The position numbers were made by a program, and so were the translations under genes. Below the pieces are notes generated by a model, which ran no database searches, was not told the origin of the DNA, and saw nothing but the letters and a program-made list of their open reading frames with translations. From contig OY970303.1 in assembly GCA_963716255.1 (NCBI GenBank), positions 2,560,001 to 2,624,000 of the forward strand: a DNA stretch of 64,000 nt. Reading direction: 5' to 3'. Below, one piece after another: positions 48,724 to 60,312 of this stretch. Within the stretch, counting starts at the first letter, position 1; each line of letters starts with the position of its first letter. Source of the stretch: an uncultured Gemmatimonadales bacterium. Its GTDB lineage: Bacteria; Gemmatimonadota; Gemmatimonadetes; Longimicrobiales; Longimicrobiaceae.

Positions 48724-48806
48724 GCTGAACGACACCCGCCCCGCAGTTGCAGTGCTCCCCCTCTCCCGCTTGCGGGGGAGGGGGCCGGGGGGAGGGGGCC
48801 GCAGTC

Positions 48807-48935
48807 GCGTGAGGGATTACGGCCCGAAGGGGCGAGACCGCGCGGCTGTTTGCGCGGGCTCGACTCCGTTACGCACGGTCGTTTCGTGCGTTACGGAGCC
48901 GAAGCCCGACCCCGGCGCCAGCCGGGGGCACGCCC
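48807..48935 (-). repeat. Structured repeat family A, copy 7
   Basis: Reverse complement of the family A consensus. Confidence 0.95.
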
Positions 48936-48967
48936 AACCCCGCAGTTCGATCCGTCGGAACCATACG

Positions 48968-49375
48968 TCACCCGTAGACGAAAGCGACCTCCCGGCGGAC
49001 GTCCGGATGCAGGCTGCGGTCCACCGGGCAGGTGCGGGCCACGTGCTCCAGCCGCGCACGCTGGTCCGGGGTGAGCCCCCCCGGCATGCGGATGGTGACG
49101 GGGAGCGAGTCCACCCGCCGCGGGTCGGAGCGCATGTGCTTTTCCAGCGAAAAGGCGGCGCCCTCGAACGGGATCCCCTCGCGCTGGGCGACGATGGCCA
49201 TGGTGGTGACCATGCACGCCCCGAGCGACGCGGCCAGCAGGTCGGTGGGGGAGAAGGAGCTCCCGTCTCCCTGGTTGTCGACGGGGGCGGCGGTGGCGAC
49301 CTCGGCCCCGGAGGGACCGTGCCGCAGCCTCATCTTCAGGCCGCCCGTGTACTCGCCGGTGATCTCTACGGCCAT
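48968..49375 (-). CDS. OsmC family protein
   Basis: APVDNQGDG..FSPTDL.AASLGAC...TCPV..SL. Confidence 0.9.
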   Translation of the reverse strand: MAVEITGEYTGGLKMRLRHGPSGAEVATAAPVDNQGDGSSFSPTDLLAASLGACMVTTMAIVAQREGIPFEGAAFSLEKHMRSDPRRVDSLPVTIRMPGGLTPDQRARLEHVARTCPVDRSLHPDVRREVAFVYG

Positions 49376-49646
49376 CTCGCTTCCGCGGGTGGAGGGTCGG
49401 GCGGCGGGCGGGGCGCCCGCCGCGCCCCAATCTAGTCCCCGCCCCCCGCGGAGCGCACCCCCGCGCGTCCCCGGGAGGGCGGAGCTGTCCTCCGTGGAGG
49501 TCATCGCCAACGGCGGGACCGGGCTGGGAACATGTGATCCCGATGCACATCAACGGCTTGCGCCGAGCGCGCGGCGTGGCGCGCGTGATGCCGTCCACGG
49601 GGGCGTTCGCAGGTCCCGCTTCACGCACATCCCGTCAGAGGTCCCC

Positions 49647-50429
49647 ATGAGATTCCGTGCTTCCGCCCTGGTCCTGGGCGTCGCCGTCCTTGCCGCTTCC
49701 GCCGCACACGCGCAGACCCACGACGATCCCGGGGAGTGGGACGACCAGGGCCCGCGCTTCCCCAGGCGGCCCAGCGGCGTGTACGCGGGAGGCAGCTTCA
49801 ACTACGCGCGCCCCCAGGGCGAGTTCGGCGACAACGTGGAGCAGGGCTTCGGCGGGGACGTGCACCTCATCTACCAGCCGGCCGCGCGCGGGGCCCTGGG
49901 GCTGCGGCTGGACGCCGGGTTCCTCACCTACGGCCACGAGCGGATGCGCGTCCCGCTCAGCTCCACCATCGGCGGGCGCATCACGGTGGACGTGAACACG
50001 CTCAACAACATCGCCTTCGTGGGGGTGGGGCCGCAGATCGGGCTTCCGGACGGCAGGGCCCGGCCCTACGTGGGCGGGTTCGCGGGGTTCACGTACCTGT
50101 ACACCGAGTCGTCGGTGGAGGGGCGCGACGACGACCAGGCCTTCGCGCGCACCACCAACTACGACGACGCCACCTTCGCGTACGGGGGCCGGGCCGGGGT
50201 GTACTTCCCGCTGCGCGGCGGCCCCTCGCCGATCTCGCTGGACCTGGGCGTGGTCTACCTGAACGGCGGCGAGGCGGAGTACCTGCGCGAGGGCGACATC
50301 CAGGACAACTCCAACGGGACCATCTCGATCACGCCGTCCCGGAGCGACACGGACCTGCTCACCTTCCGAGCGGGCGTCACCGTGGGCATCCCGCGCTCCG
50401 ACGGTCGTCACCGCCGTCATCGCCATTGA
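49647..50429 (+). CDS. Outer-membrane beta-barrel protein
   Basis: GAGG RBS, signal peptide, amphipathic strands (RPYVGGFAG). Confidence 0.8.
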   Translation: MRFRASALVLGVAVLAASAAHAQTHDDPGEWDDQGPRFPRRPSGVYAGGSFNYARPQGEFGDNVEQGFGGDVHLIYQPAARGALGLRLDAGFLTYGHERMRVPLSSTIGGRITVDVNTLNNIAFVGVGPQIGLPDGRARPYVGGFAGFTYLYTESSVEGRDDDQAFARTTNYDDATFAYGGRAGVYFPLRGGPSPISLDLGVVYLNGGEAEYLREGDIQDNSNGTISITPSRSDTDLLTFRAGVTVGIPRSDGRHRRHRH

Positions 50430-50469
50430 GCGTAACGATCGGGATGGCAACGGATTGAACGGCGTGTTC

Positions 50470-50596
50470 GGGCGTGCCCCCGCTGGCGCGGGGTCGGGCT
50501 GCGGCTCCGTAGCAGACGAAACAACCGTCTGCAACGGAGGCGAGCCCCGCCAAACTACCGGCGGGTCTCGCCGCTTCGCGCTCGCATCCCTCACGC
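50470..50596 (+). repeat. Structured repeat family A, copy 8 (most diverged)
   Basis: Conserved termini and loops with compensatory stem changes. Confidence 0.92.
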
Positions 50597-50799
50597 GGGG
50601 CTCGTGCTGGCGCCCGCGGGGGCGGTCCCCCTCACCCCCCGGCCCCCTCTCCCACGAGGGGAGAGGGGGAGCACGACACGGCGACGGCGTGGATCGCAGC
50701 GTGGAGATTCCCCTCCCCCGGCACGGGGGAAATAGGGGGAAAGCCGTGCGGCTCTCAGGCCGCCGGGTGGGGGCCCCTGCCGACGCCAGCGCGGCACCC

Positions 50800-50928
50800 G
50801 CGTGAGGGATTCCGGCCCGGAGGGGCGAGACCCGCGGGCAGTTTCGCGGGGCTCGACTCCGTTGAGCAGCGTTGTTTGCTGCTCTACGGAGCCGAAGCCC
50901 GACCCCGGCGCCAGCCGGGGGCACGCCC
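50800..50928 (-). repeat. Structured repeat family A, copy 9
   Basis: Reverse complement of consensus; GAGCAGC/GCTGCTC inner stem. Confidence 0.95.
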
Positions 50929-50951
50929 AACCCCGCAGCTCAGCAGTTCGT

Positions 50952-52136
50952 CTACCCCACCCGCGCAAAGAACGCTTTGAGGTACCGCGTCTCGGGAATC
51001 GCCGGGTGCACCGGATGGTCGGGGCCCTGCATGCCCTCCTCCAGCAGCTGGAGCTCGCGGCCCAGCCGCCGCCCCGCCCGCAGCACCGAGTCCTGGAGCG
51101 CCTCGCGCGGCATGTGGAACGAGCACGAGGCGGACACCAGGACCCCGTCCGGGGCGAGCACCTCCATCCCCAGCTGCCCCAGCCGCCGGTACGCCTCCTC
51201 GCCCGCCTTCTGGTCCTTTTTGCGCTTGATGAAGGCCGGCGGGTCCAGCACCACCACGTCGAAGCGCTCGCCCGCGGCGGCAAGCGCCCGCAGCACCTCG
51301 AAGGCGTCGCCGCGGCGCACACCCACCCGCTCCCCCACCCCGTTCAGCGCGGCGTTCTCCCGCACCTGCTCCAAGGCGAACTCCGAGCTGTCCACGCACA
51401 GCACCGCCGCCGCGCCCGCCGCCGCGGCCTGCACCCCCCACCCGCCCACGTAGCTGAACACGTCCAGCACCCGCCGGCCGGGGACGTACGCCTGCATGCG
51501 CGCGCGGTTCATCCGGTGGTCGTAGAACCACCCCGTCTTCTGCCCGGCGGAGAGCGGCGCACGGAAGCGGACCCCGTTCTCCTCCAGCTCCACGCTCTCC
51601 GGCACCGTGCCCTCTGCGGTCTCCACGTACGCGTCCAGCCCCTCCAGCGCGCGCCCCGGGACGTCGTTGCGGAGGAGGATCCCCTCCGGGCGCACGGTCT
51701 CCGCCAGGGCGGCCACCACCTCGTCGCGCAGGCGCTCCATCCCCGCGGTGGTGAGCTGCGCCACCAGCACGCCGCCGAAGCGGTCCACCACCAGCCCGGG
51801 GAGCCCGTCGCTCTCGCCGAACGCCAGCCGGTAGAAGGGCCCGGGGAACAGCCGCTCGCGCAGCGCCAGCGCCCGGGCCAGCCGCTCGCGCAGCAGCGCG
51901 CCGTCCAGCGCCACGCGCGGGTCGCGGCTCACCAGCCGCGCGGCGATCAGCGATCGCGGGTTGACGTAGGCGGCGCCCAGCGGGGCGCCGCGGTGGTCCT
52001 CCACCGCCACCGCGTCGCCGGGCTCGAAGGCGGTCAGTGGCGTGCGGGCGACGTCCACCTCGTTGCTGAACACCCACAGGTGCCCGGCGCGGAGGCGGCG
52101 GTCCTCGTTCTTTCTCAGGCGGAGCGGCGGGAGCAT
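50952..52136 (-). CDS. rlmI: RlmI-family SAM-dependent rRNA methyltransferase
   Basis: GHLWVFSNE, ESDGLPGL.VD, GQKTGWFYD, LDPPAF and DHP.HP..PET.YLK motifs. Confidence 0.88.
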   Translation of the reverse strand: MLPPLRLRKNEDRRLRAGHLWVFSNEVDVARTPLTAFEPGDAVAVEDHRGAPLGAAYVNPRSLIAARLVSRDPRVALDGALLRERLARALALRERLFPGPFYRLAFGESDGLPGLVVDRFGGVLVAQLTTAGMERLRDEVVAALAETVRPEGILLRNDVPGRALEGLDAYVETAEGTVPESVELEENGVRFRAPLSAGQKTGWFYDHRMNRARMQAYVPGRRVLDVFSYVGGWGVQAAAAGAAAVLCVDSSEFALEQVRENAALNGVGERVGVRRGDAFEVLRALAAAGERFDVVVLDPPAFIKRKKDQKAGEEAYRRLGQLGMEVLAPDGVLVSASCSFHMPREALQDSVLRAGRRLGRELQLLEEGMQGPDHPVHPAIPETRYLKAFFARVG

Positions 52137-52381
52137 GCAGTCTCGGGTCCGTACGGGTTGGGCCGCGCGGCGCGCGGTGGCGGCGCACAAGATAACCGGC
52201 CGCGCCCCGGCGGGCACCGTGCGCCGCACGGAACTTGCGGCCGGGATCCCGGCTCCGCCGCGCGCGGCGCCCTGGCGCGCCGCCGGGAGCAGCGCGCAAG
52301 ATTCCGTCCGCGCCGCGGGCGCGGGGTCGCCTTCATCCCATCCACCGGGGCCGCCGCCGCGCGGCCCGGAGAGCGTTCGAC

Positions 52382-53578
52382 ATGCCGGAAAGCGCGCGTG
52401 CGCTGCAGGTGTTCCGCGAGGTGGCGCTGGCCACCTCGGCCAGCCCGGACACGGACGAGATCCTGGAGATCGTCCGCGAGCGGGCGCGAGGGCTCTTCGG
52501 GGCGGACCTGGCGGTGGTGGTGCTGGCGGAGCGCGGCTGGAGCGACCTGTTCCGCGCCGACGGCGGACGCCCCACCCCCGCGCAGCTGCAGGAGCTGGCG
52601 CGCTGCGCCCTGCGCACGGGCGAGTCGCAGGTGCTGCGCGAGGCCCCGCGCGACGACGCGCAGCTCCACCTGGCGGAGTGGACCGCCGGGGCGGACGGCT
52701 TCCGCTCCGCGGTGGCGGCGCCGCTCCGCTTCGACGACCAGCTCCGCGGCGCGCTGCTGGTGGCGTGGCGCGACCCTGCCCCGGTGCCGGACGAGACGGT
52801 GCAGCTCGCCGAGACGCTGGGGGTGCACGCCGCCGTGGCGCTCCACAACGCCCGCCTGTACGAGGAGCTGAAGCGCTCCACCCAGGCCCGCGACCGCTTT
52901 TTCTCCGCGATGAGCCACGACCTGCGCACCCCCATCGCGGCCATCGTGGGCTACAGCGAGCTGCTCGCCGACGGGATCGTGGGCGAGCTCTCGGCCAAGC
53001 AGCAGGAGATGGTGGAGCGCATCTCCCAGGTGGCCGCGCACCTCACCGAGCTGGTCAACGACATCCTGGACCTGGCCAAGCTGGACGCCGGCCGGGTGGA
53101 GCTGCACCCCGAGCCCACCGTGCTGGGCGAGGTGGTGCGCGACGCGGTGGTGGCGGTGGAGCCGCAGGCCACCGCCAAGCGGCTCCCCCTGCGCCTGGAC
53201 CTGGACGCCGTCGGCGGCGGGACGGTGCTGGTGGACGCGGTGCGCGTCCGGCAGATCCTGGTGAACCTGCTCGCCAACGCGGTCAAGTTCACCGACGCGG
53301 GCGAGGTGCGGGTGGACGCCGGGCTGGACGCGGAGCGCACCTGGATCACCGTGCGCGACACGGGGCCGGGGCTTCCGCCGGGGAGCGAGGAAGCGGTGTT
53401 CGAGGAGTTCCTCCAGCTCGCGGCCGGGCGCGGGGGCAAGCAGGAGCCGGGAAGCGGGCTGGGGCTCGCCGTGTCGCGGCGGCTGGCGCGGGCCATGGGC
53501 GGGGAGCTGGCGGTGGAGAGCCGGCCGGGGGAGGGGTCCGCGTTCACGCTCTATCTGCCGCTGGGGGGCGAGTCGTAG
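52382..53578 (+). CDS. Cytoplasmic GAF-domain histidine kinase
   Basis: GAF domain, SHDLRTP, NAVKFT, DTGPG and GSGLGL motifs. Confidence 0.9.
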   Translation: MPESARALQVFREVALATSASPDTDEILEIVRERARGLFGADLAVVVLAERGWSDLFRADGGRPTPAQLQELARCALRTGESQVLREAPRDDAQLHLAEWTAGADGFRSAVAAPLRFDDQLRGALLVAWRDPAPVPDETVQLAETLGVHAAVALHNARLYEELKRSTQARDRFFSAMSHDLRTPIAAIVGYSELLADGIVGELSAKQQEMVERISQVAAHLTELVNDILDLAKLDAGRVELHPEPTVLGEVVRDAVVAVEPQATAKRLPLRLDLDAVGGGTVLVDAVRVRQILVNLLANAVKFTDAGEVRVDAGLDAERTWITVRDTGPGLPPGSEEAVFEEFLQLAAGRGGKQEPGSGLGLAVSRRLARAMGGELAVESRPGEGSAFTLYLPLGGES

Positions 53579-53596
53579 GGAACGGCTTTTCGCTGC

Positions 53597-53629
53597 GGGT
53601 GTGCCCCCGCTGGCGCCGGGGGCACGCCC
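53597..53629. repeat. Collapsed family A remnant (two 5' ends fused into a palindrome)
   Basis: GGGTGTGCCCCCGCTGGCGCCGGGGGCACGCCC. Confidence 0.7.
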
Positions 53630-53729
53630 ACACCAGCCGTAGACGTTGCCGTAATCATTCCCGCAACGGAAGCGGGCGGAGAAGCCGAAGCCCCTCCGCC
53701 CGCGAACTAACACCTTCTTGCAGAAGCCC

Positions 53730-54548
53730 TCAGACGCCGATCACCTGCCCTTTGCGGTACTTGGAGAGCACCTTGAGGAACGCTTGCGACGCCCGGGTGA
53801 ACGCCCCCTTCTCGCGCAGCGTGGTGGGGCTGGTGCCCAGGAACTTCTGCGTCACCCGCCGCAGCCCGCTGTCCGACGAGTACCCGCAGGCGTGGGCCAC
53901 GCTGAGCACCGTGCGGCCCGGGTCGTCCAGCAGCTCGGCGGCCAGGAGGATCCGCATCCAGGCAAGCAGCTTGCGCGGAGGCGGCAGCTCGGCCCGCTCG
54001 CACCAGCGCAGCAGCGTCCGCCGCGACAGGTACAGCGACTTGGCCAGGTCGCGCCCGTGCCCGCCGACCGCAACCACCTCCGCCGCGGCGTCCAGGATGG
54101 CGCGTGCGCGGCCCGGGGTGTCCGCCGGGAGCACCTGCTCCAGGAGCGCCCGCAGCGGCCGCCCCTGCGACTGCCGGAAGCGCTGCAGCAGGGCGAGCTG
54201 GGTGTCGTCGTGCTCCAGCGAGACCACCTCCACCACCCCCCACTTGCCCAGCGTGCGCAGGTCGTCGAAGCGGTCCGGCGTCACGTCGAAGGCGGCGAAC
54301 ACCGCGCACGAGGGGAACTCCACCAGCAGCGACCGCAGTGCGGGCGACGGCCCGCTGCGTCCGTTGGTGTCGGAGTAGGGGTCGACCACCACCAGGGCCG
54401 AAGGGGGGGACTCCCGCACCGCCTCACGCAGCGACTCCCAGTCGGGGACCGCCTGGAAGACGTAGTCACGCTCCGAGATGCGCCGGATGCGCTCGCGGAA
54501 CTCTTCGTCCCAGTGCAGGACGACCAGCGGACGGGCTCCAATCTTCAT
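53730..54548 (-). CDS. AraC family HTH regulator
   Basis: LAKSLYLSRRTLLR...AAELLDD...VAHACGYSS.S.LRR. Confidence 0.82.
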   Translation of the reverse strand: MKIGARPLVVLHWDEEFRERIRRISERDYVFQAVPDWESLREAVRESPPSALVVVDPYSDTNGRSGPSPALRSLLVEFPSCAVFAAFDVTPDRFDDLRTLGKWGVVEVVSLEHDDTQLALLQRFRQSQGRPLRALLEQVLPADTPGRARAILDAAAEVVAVGGHGRDLAKSLYLSRRTLLRWCERAELPPPRKLLAWMRILLAAELLDDPGRTVLSVAHACGYSSDSGLRRVTQKFLGTSPTTLREKGAFTRASQAFLKVLSKYRKGQVIGV

Positions 54549-54624
54549 GGTCGAAAAAGCGGCGGTTAGAGAGCGACTTGGTCGGAGGTCACTGAGGAAG
54601 GCTCGGACCCCCGGGCGAGAAACT

Positions 54625-55917
54625 TCAGCCTGCTGCGCTGGCCTGGCTGAGAGAGCGCACCAGCTCCGCGGCAAGCGCATCGGCCTCGTCCGCGACGGCT
54701 TCGCGGCCGGGCGCGGGGCGGGCCTCGGTGGCGGTGCGGCCGCGGACCGACTCCAGCACCGTTTCTGCGGAAAGGCGCGCCTTCGCCTCGCCGCGCTCGA
54801 CGGCCACCTCCAGCGCCCGGGCGGCGGCCCCCTCGGCGCGCTCCCACTCGGCGACGCTGGCGGCGCCGCGGGCGAGCTCCACCAGCGCCTCGGCGGCGCC
54901 CTCGCGGGCCTCGCCGTCGTCCACCCCCTCCCACACCTGGATCCAGGCGTCGTCGAAGAGGGCCCGGTCGCCCACGGCGCCGGCGGCGCGCGCGATGTTC
55001 GCCAGCACCACGGGGCGCTCCGCGGAGCGGGTGAGGTGCGGGAGGAGCGCGCGGAAGATGGGGAGCGCGCGGGCGTGGTAGCCCTGCTCCATCCAGAAGA
55101 AGCCCACGTCGTGCGCCAGCGCGGGGAGCCGCGGGTGGTCGGAGCCGTACTCGTCGTACGCGCCCCGGGCGAAGCGCTCCGCCTCGTCCACCCGCCCGGT
55201 GAGGGTGGCCAGCACGAACAGGTCGTGATAGGTCATCCCCGCCGCGGAGTGCAGCGCGTGCCGGCGCGCGGCGCGGAGCGCGCGGACGTAGAAGCGGCGC
55301 GCCGCGGGGTAGTTGCCCCGCTGCATGTACAGGTTGCCGAGCCCCAGGAAGGCGAGCGAGTACGCGTTCCAGTCGCCGCTCTGGCGGGCCAGCGCCACGG
55401 TGCGCCGGAACCAGCTCTCGGCGCGGGCGTGCTCGGCGCGGCGGCGGGCCAGGCGGGCGACGGTGTAGGCGGTGGCCGCGTCGAACGGCGCCGCGAAGGC
55501 CGCGGACTGCGCGAAGGCCAGCGCGGCCGCCGTGCTCCCCCGGTCGTCGGCCCACTGGGCCACCTGGAGGCAGGCCCGCGCGGTCAGCTCCCCGTTGAGC
55601 GCGTGGGGGTTGCCGAGCAGCTCCGCCACCTCAAGCAGCGAGCTTTCCAGCGCGGGGTCGGCGGCCTCGGCGCGGATGACCTGCCGGCGGCGCTCCTCCG
55701 CCCCCTCGGCGAAAAGCTCGGAGCGCCGGTCCTCGGGAGCGGAGGCCCACAGCGACACGTCCCGCACCGACTGCCACAGCACCAGCCCCAGCCTTCCCTG
55801 GAACTCCTCCAGGATCGCCGCGCCCTCGAACGCCTCGTCGCCATGGGTGATGGCGGGCGGAACCCTCCAGCGCCGGCGGGTGCGCCGGACCGGCGGGCTC
55901 AGGCGTGGCTTTCGCAT
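54625..55917 (-). CDS. TPR-like helical repeat protein
   Basis: LGLGNLYMQRGNYPAARRFY.RAL and similar helical repeats; start uncertain. Confidence 0.78.
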   Translation of the reverse strand: MRKPRLSPPVRRTRRRWRVPPAITHGDEAFEGAAILEEFQGRLGLVLWQSVRDVSLWASAPEDRRSELFAEGAEERRRQVIRAEAADPALESSLLEVAELLGNPHALNGELTARACLQVAQWADDRGSTAAALAFAQSAAFAAPFDAATAYTVARLARRRAEHARAESWFRRTVALARQSGDWNAYSLAFLGLGNLYMQRGNYPAARRFYVRALRAARRHALHSAAGMTYHDLFVLATLTGRVDEAERFARGAYDEYGSDHPRLPALAHDVGFFWMEQGYHARALPIFRALLPHLTRSAERPVVLANIARAAGAVGDRALFDDAWIQVWEGVDDGEAREGAAEALVELARGAASVAEWERAEGAAARALEVAVERGEAKARLSAETVLESVRGRTATEARPAPGREAVADEADALAAELVRSLSQASAAG

Positions 55918-56128
55918 GTGAGGGTTCCGGGAAATCATCGGAGAGCGCCGTTTGCGTCCAAAATAGTGTGAGGTATCACTATATCCCCGTCCCGCCTGGG
56001 GCGCCATAGCCTTGTCGGAGTCGGTACCGCATGCATTCCGCCACAATGCGCGCGGTGCTTGCACGAAGGCAGAACTCCTTTACCTTCCCGCGATCCGCGG
56101 GAGCCGTCACCCCCCTGACCGGAGACCG

Positions 56129-56959
56129 ATGCATTCATCCCCCCGCTGGCGCGCCGTGCTCCCGGTCTTCCGGCCGCTGGGCGTGTTCTTCCTGTGGAAC
56201 CTCGCCACCTGGGGGGTGATCCTGGGGCTGGTGCTGGCGGGACGCGCGCTCGCCGGGCTGGCGGCGGCGACGGTGCTCTTCGCGGTCTACCTGCGCGTGT
56301 ACCTGCTCCGCGTGGGCCGGCCGGGCGAGCTCCGCCGCTGGGCGACGCTGCGGCTGCGCCCGCTGGGGCGCGACGGGGCGGTGGGCACCCTCGCCGCGGT
56401 GCCGGTGCTGTTCGCGCTGGCGTGGTCGCTCGGGGAGGTGTGGACGCGGCTGGTCCCCGTCCCCCCGGAGTCGTTCCGCCCCTTCGACGAGCTGACCCGC
56501 ACGGCGGAGGGCCGGCTGGCGGCGGTCCTCTTCGCCGTGGTGGCGGCGCCGCTGGTGGAGGAGTTCGTCTTCCGCGGGCTGGTGCAGCGCCCGCTGGAGC
56601 GGCGCTGGGGGCCGGCGCCGGCCATCGCCTTCACCGCGCTTCTCTTCGCTCTGGTGCACGCCCTCCCCTGGGTGCTGCCCATGCACCTCCTCCTGGGCGT
56701 CGCCTTCGGCTTCGTGGTGTACGCCACACGCTCCGTCTGGGCGGGGGTGCTGCTGCACGCGGCCAACAACTCGCTCGCCGCACTGGGCATCGCCGCGGAG
56801 CCGCCGGAGCTCCCCGCCACGGTGTGGCGCACCGGCTTCACCGCCGACTTCTGGATCGCCCTGGCCGTGTTGGCCCTCGCCTCTGGGGTGGCGCACGGCC
56901 TCGCCGTCCGGCTCCTGCGCATCGGCCACGGGCGCCGCCCGGAGGCGGCTTCCCGGTAG
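56129..56959 (+). CDS. CPBP (CAAX/Abi) intramembrane metalloprotease
   Basis: [15 protein letters not shown] and HAANN motifs. Confidence 0.9.
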   Translation: MHSSPRWRAVLPVFRPLGVFFLWNLATWGVILGLVLAGRALAGLAAATVLFAVYLRVYLLRVGRPGELRRWATLRLRPLGRDGAVGTLAAVPVLFALAWSLGEVWTRLVPVPPESFRPFDELTRTAEGRLAAVLFAVVAAPLVEEFVFRGLVQRPLERRWGPAPAIAFTALLFALVHALPWVLPMHLLLGVAFGFVVYATRSVWAGVLLHAANNSLAALGIAAEPPELPATVWRTGFTADFWIALAVLALASGVAHGLAVRLLRIGHGRRPEAASR

Positions 56960-57086
56960 CCGGCTCCGCCCTGGCCGCACCCTTGCGGCGTCCCGGTGGG
57001 GCATGGAATCTTCCCGCATGGTCGTCCGTTCCGTGCGCGCACCGCGGCCCCGCCGCGTCTTTCCCGCTGCCGAGGAGGAGTCGCCG

Positions 57087-59102
<2,016 letters not shown>

Positions 59103-59130
59103 CGACGGATACGGCTGAACGGCCGGGTTC

Positions 59131-59152
59131 GGGCGTGCCCCCCGCGGGGGTC
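59131..59152 (+). repeat. Truncated family A 5' end
   Basis: GGGTTC-GGGCGTGCCCCCCGCGGGGGTC just after the acs stop. Confidence 0.6.
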
Positions 59153-60233
59153 AGGGCCGCCCGATCCGCAGCTTCGCCACCTTCCCTCCGGGTCCCACCG
59201 CCCACACCGCGTCCGGCCCCGCCGCCGCCACCGCGTTGAATTCCACGGTGTCGATCGGCGTCCAGCTCTCCCCCCCGTCGACCGAGTAGTCTGAGCCCGA
59301 GATCCCCACCGCAACCAGCAGCAGCGGGTCCGTCCCGGGGACGAACGCCACGCCGGAGCGGTAGCCGCGCGGCGGCGCCCCGCGCACGGGGCGCCAGGTG
59401 CGGCCGCCGTCCTCCGTCCGGGCGACGTTGCCCGCCGCTTCCCCCGGCTTCGTGTAGTCGCCGCCCACCGCGACGCCGTCGCGGTCGTTCCAGAACGTCA
59501 GGGAAAAGATCCCCGCCCCCGCCGATCCCGCGGCGAGCGGCGTGACCGCAGCCTCCCAGCTGCGCCCCCCGTCCTCCGAGCGGAAGACCCGCGCCCGCGC
59601 CCCGCCGCCCGTGCCGAACCACACCCGGTCGCCCCGCACGGCGATCCCGGTGCCGCTCCCCGCGAAGCCCGCCTCGCCCGCGAGCGGGGCGGGAAGGCTC
59701 GCCGGCGGCACCCGGCTCCAGCGCATCCCGTCCTCCGTCGCCAGGACCAGGAAGGCGTGCTCCACCGGGTCGCTGTAGGCGATCCCCCGGGTGGTGCCGC
59801 GGAAGGCCATGCCGTCCAGGAATCCCTGCGGTCCCGGGACCGTGTGCTGGAGCGTCCAGCTGCGCCCCCCGTCCGCCGTGCGATAGAGGCGCGACTGCGG
59901 ACCCTCGCCCGCGCTCATCAGCCAGGCGGTCCCCGCGTCCGCGGCGTGCACGTCGCGGAAGTCCAGCCCCGTGGCGCCGGGAACCGAGTCCGCGCGCCAG
60001 GTGGCACCGCCGTCCGTGGAGCGGATCCATGTCCCGCCCGTGCCGCTCGCCCACACCACCGCGGGGCCGGCGACGCTGAGGCCGCGGAAGCTCGCCGTGG
60101 TGGGGACATGGTGCGCGACCCACTCCAGCGCCGGCGGGGGGGCGGGCTGCTGCACCGGCGCCGCACACGCGGCGAGGACCGAGAACGGCAGGGACGCCGC
60201 GCGGAGCGGCCGGAAAAAGCGAGACACGGTCAC
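59151..60233 (-). CDS. BNR/YCF48-like beta-propeller lipoprotein
   Basis: LAAC lipobox; repeated (S/T).DGG.(T/S)W Asp-boxes. Confidence 0.85.
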   Translation of the reverse strand: MTVSRFFRPLRAASLPFSVLAACAAPVQQPAPPPALEWVAHHVPTTASFRGLSVAGPAVVWASGTGGTWIRSTDGGATWRADSVPGATGLDFRDVHAADAGTAWLMSAGEGPQSRLYRTADGGRSWTLQHTVPGPQGFLDGMAFRGTTRGIAYSDPVEHAFLVLATEDGMRWSRVPPASLPAPLAGEAGFAGSGTGIAVRGDRVWFGTGGGARARVFRSEDGGRSWEAAVTPLAAGSAGAGIFSLTFWNDRDGVAVGGDYTKPGEAAGNVARTEDGGRTWRPVRGAPPRGYRSGVAFVPGTDPLLLVAVGISGSDYSVDGGESWTPIDTVEFNAVAAAGPDAVWAVGPGGKVAKLRIGRP

Positions 60234-60312
60234 GGCGGAAGGCGGGAGAGGGGTGGAGACGGGGAGGCGGACGTGCCCGAGGGACCCGCCGGCACGGAGC
60301 AGGGAGAGCGGT

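Noticed and set aside
14065..50928. Family A as a CRISPR array
   Set aside because: Copies are about 130 nt, dispersed and in both orientations; there is no repeat-spacer periodicity and no cas gene.
56029..56043. Sigma54 promoter (TGGC-N7-ATGC on minus) upstream of the TPR gene
   Set aside because: Only a loose GG-N10-GC match, expected by chance at this GC content.
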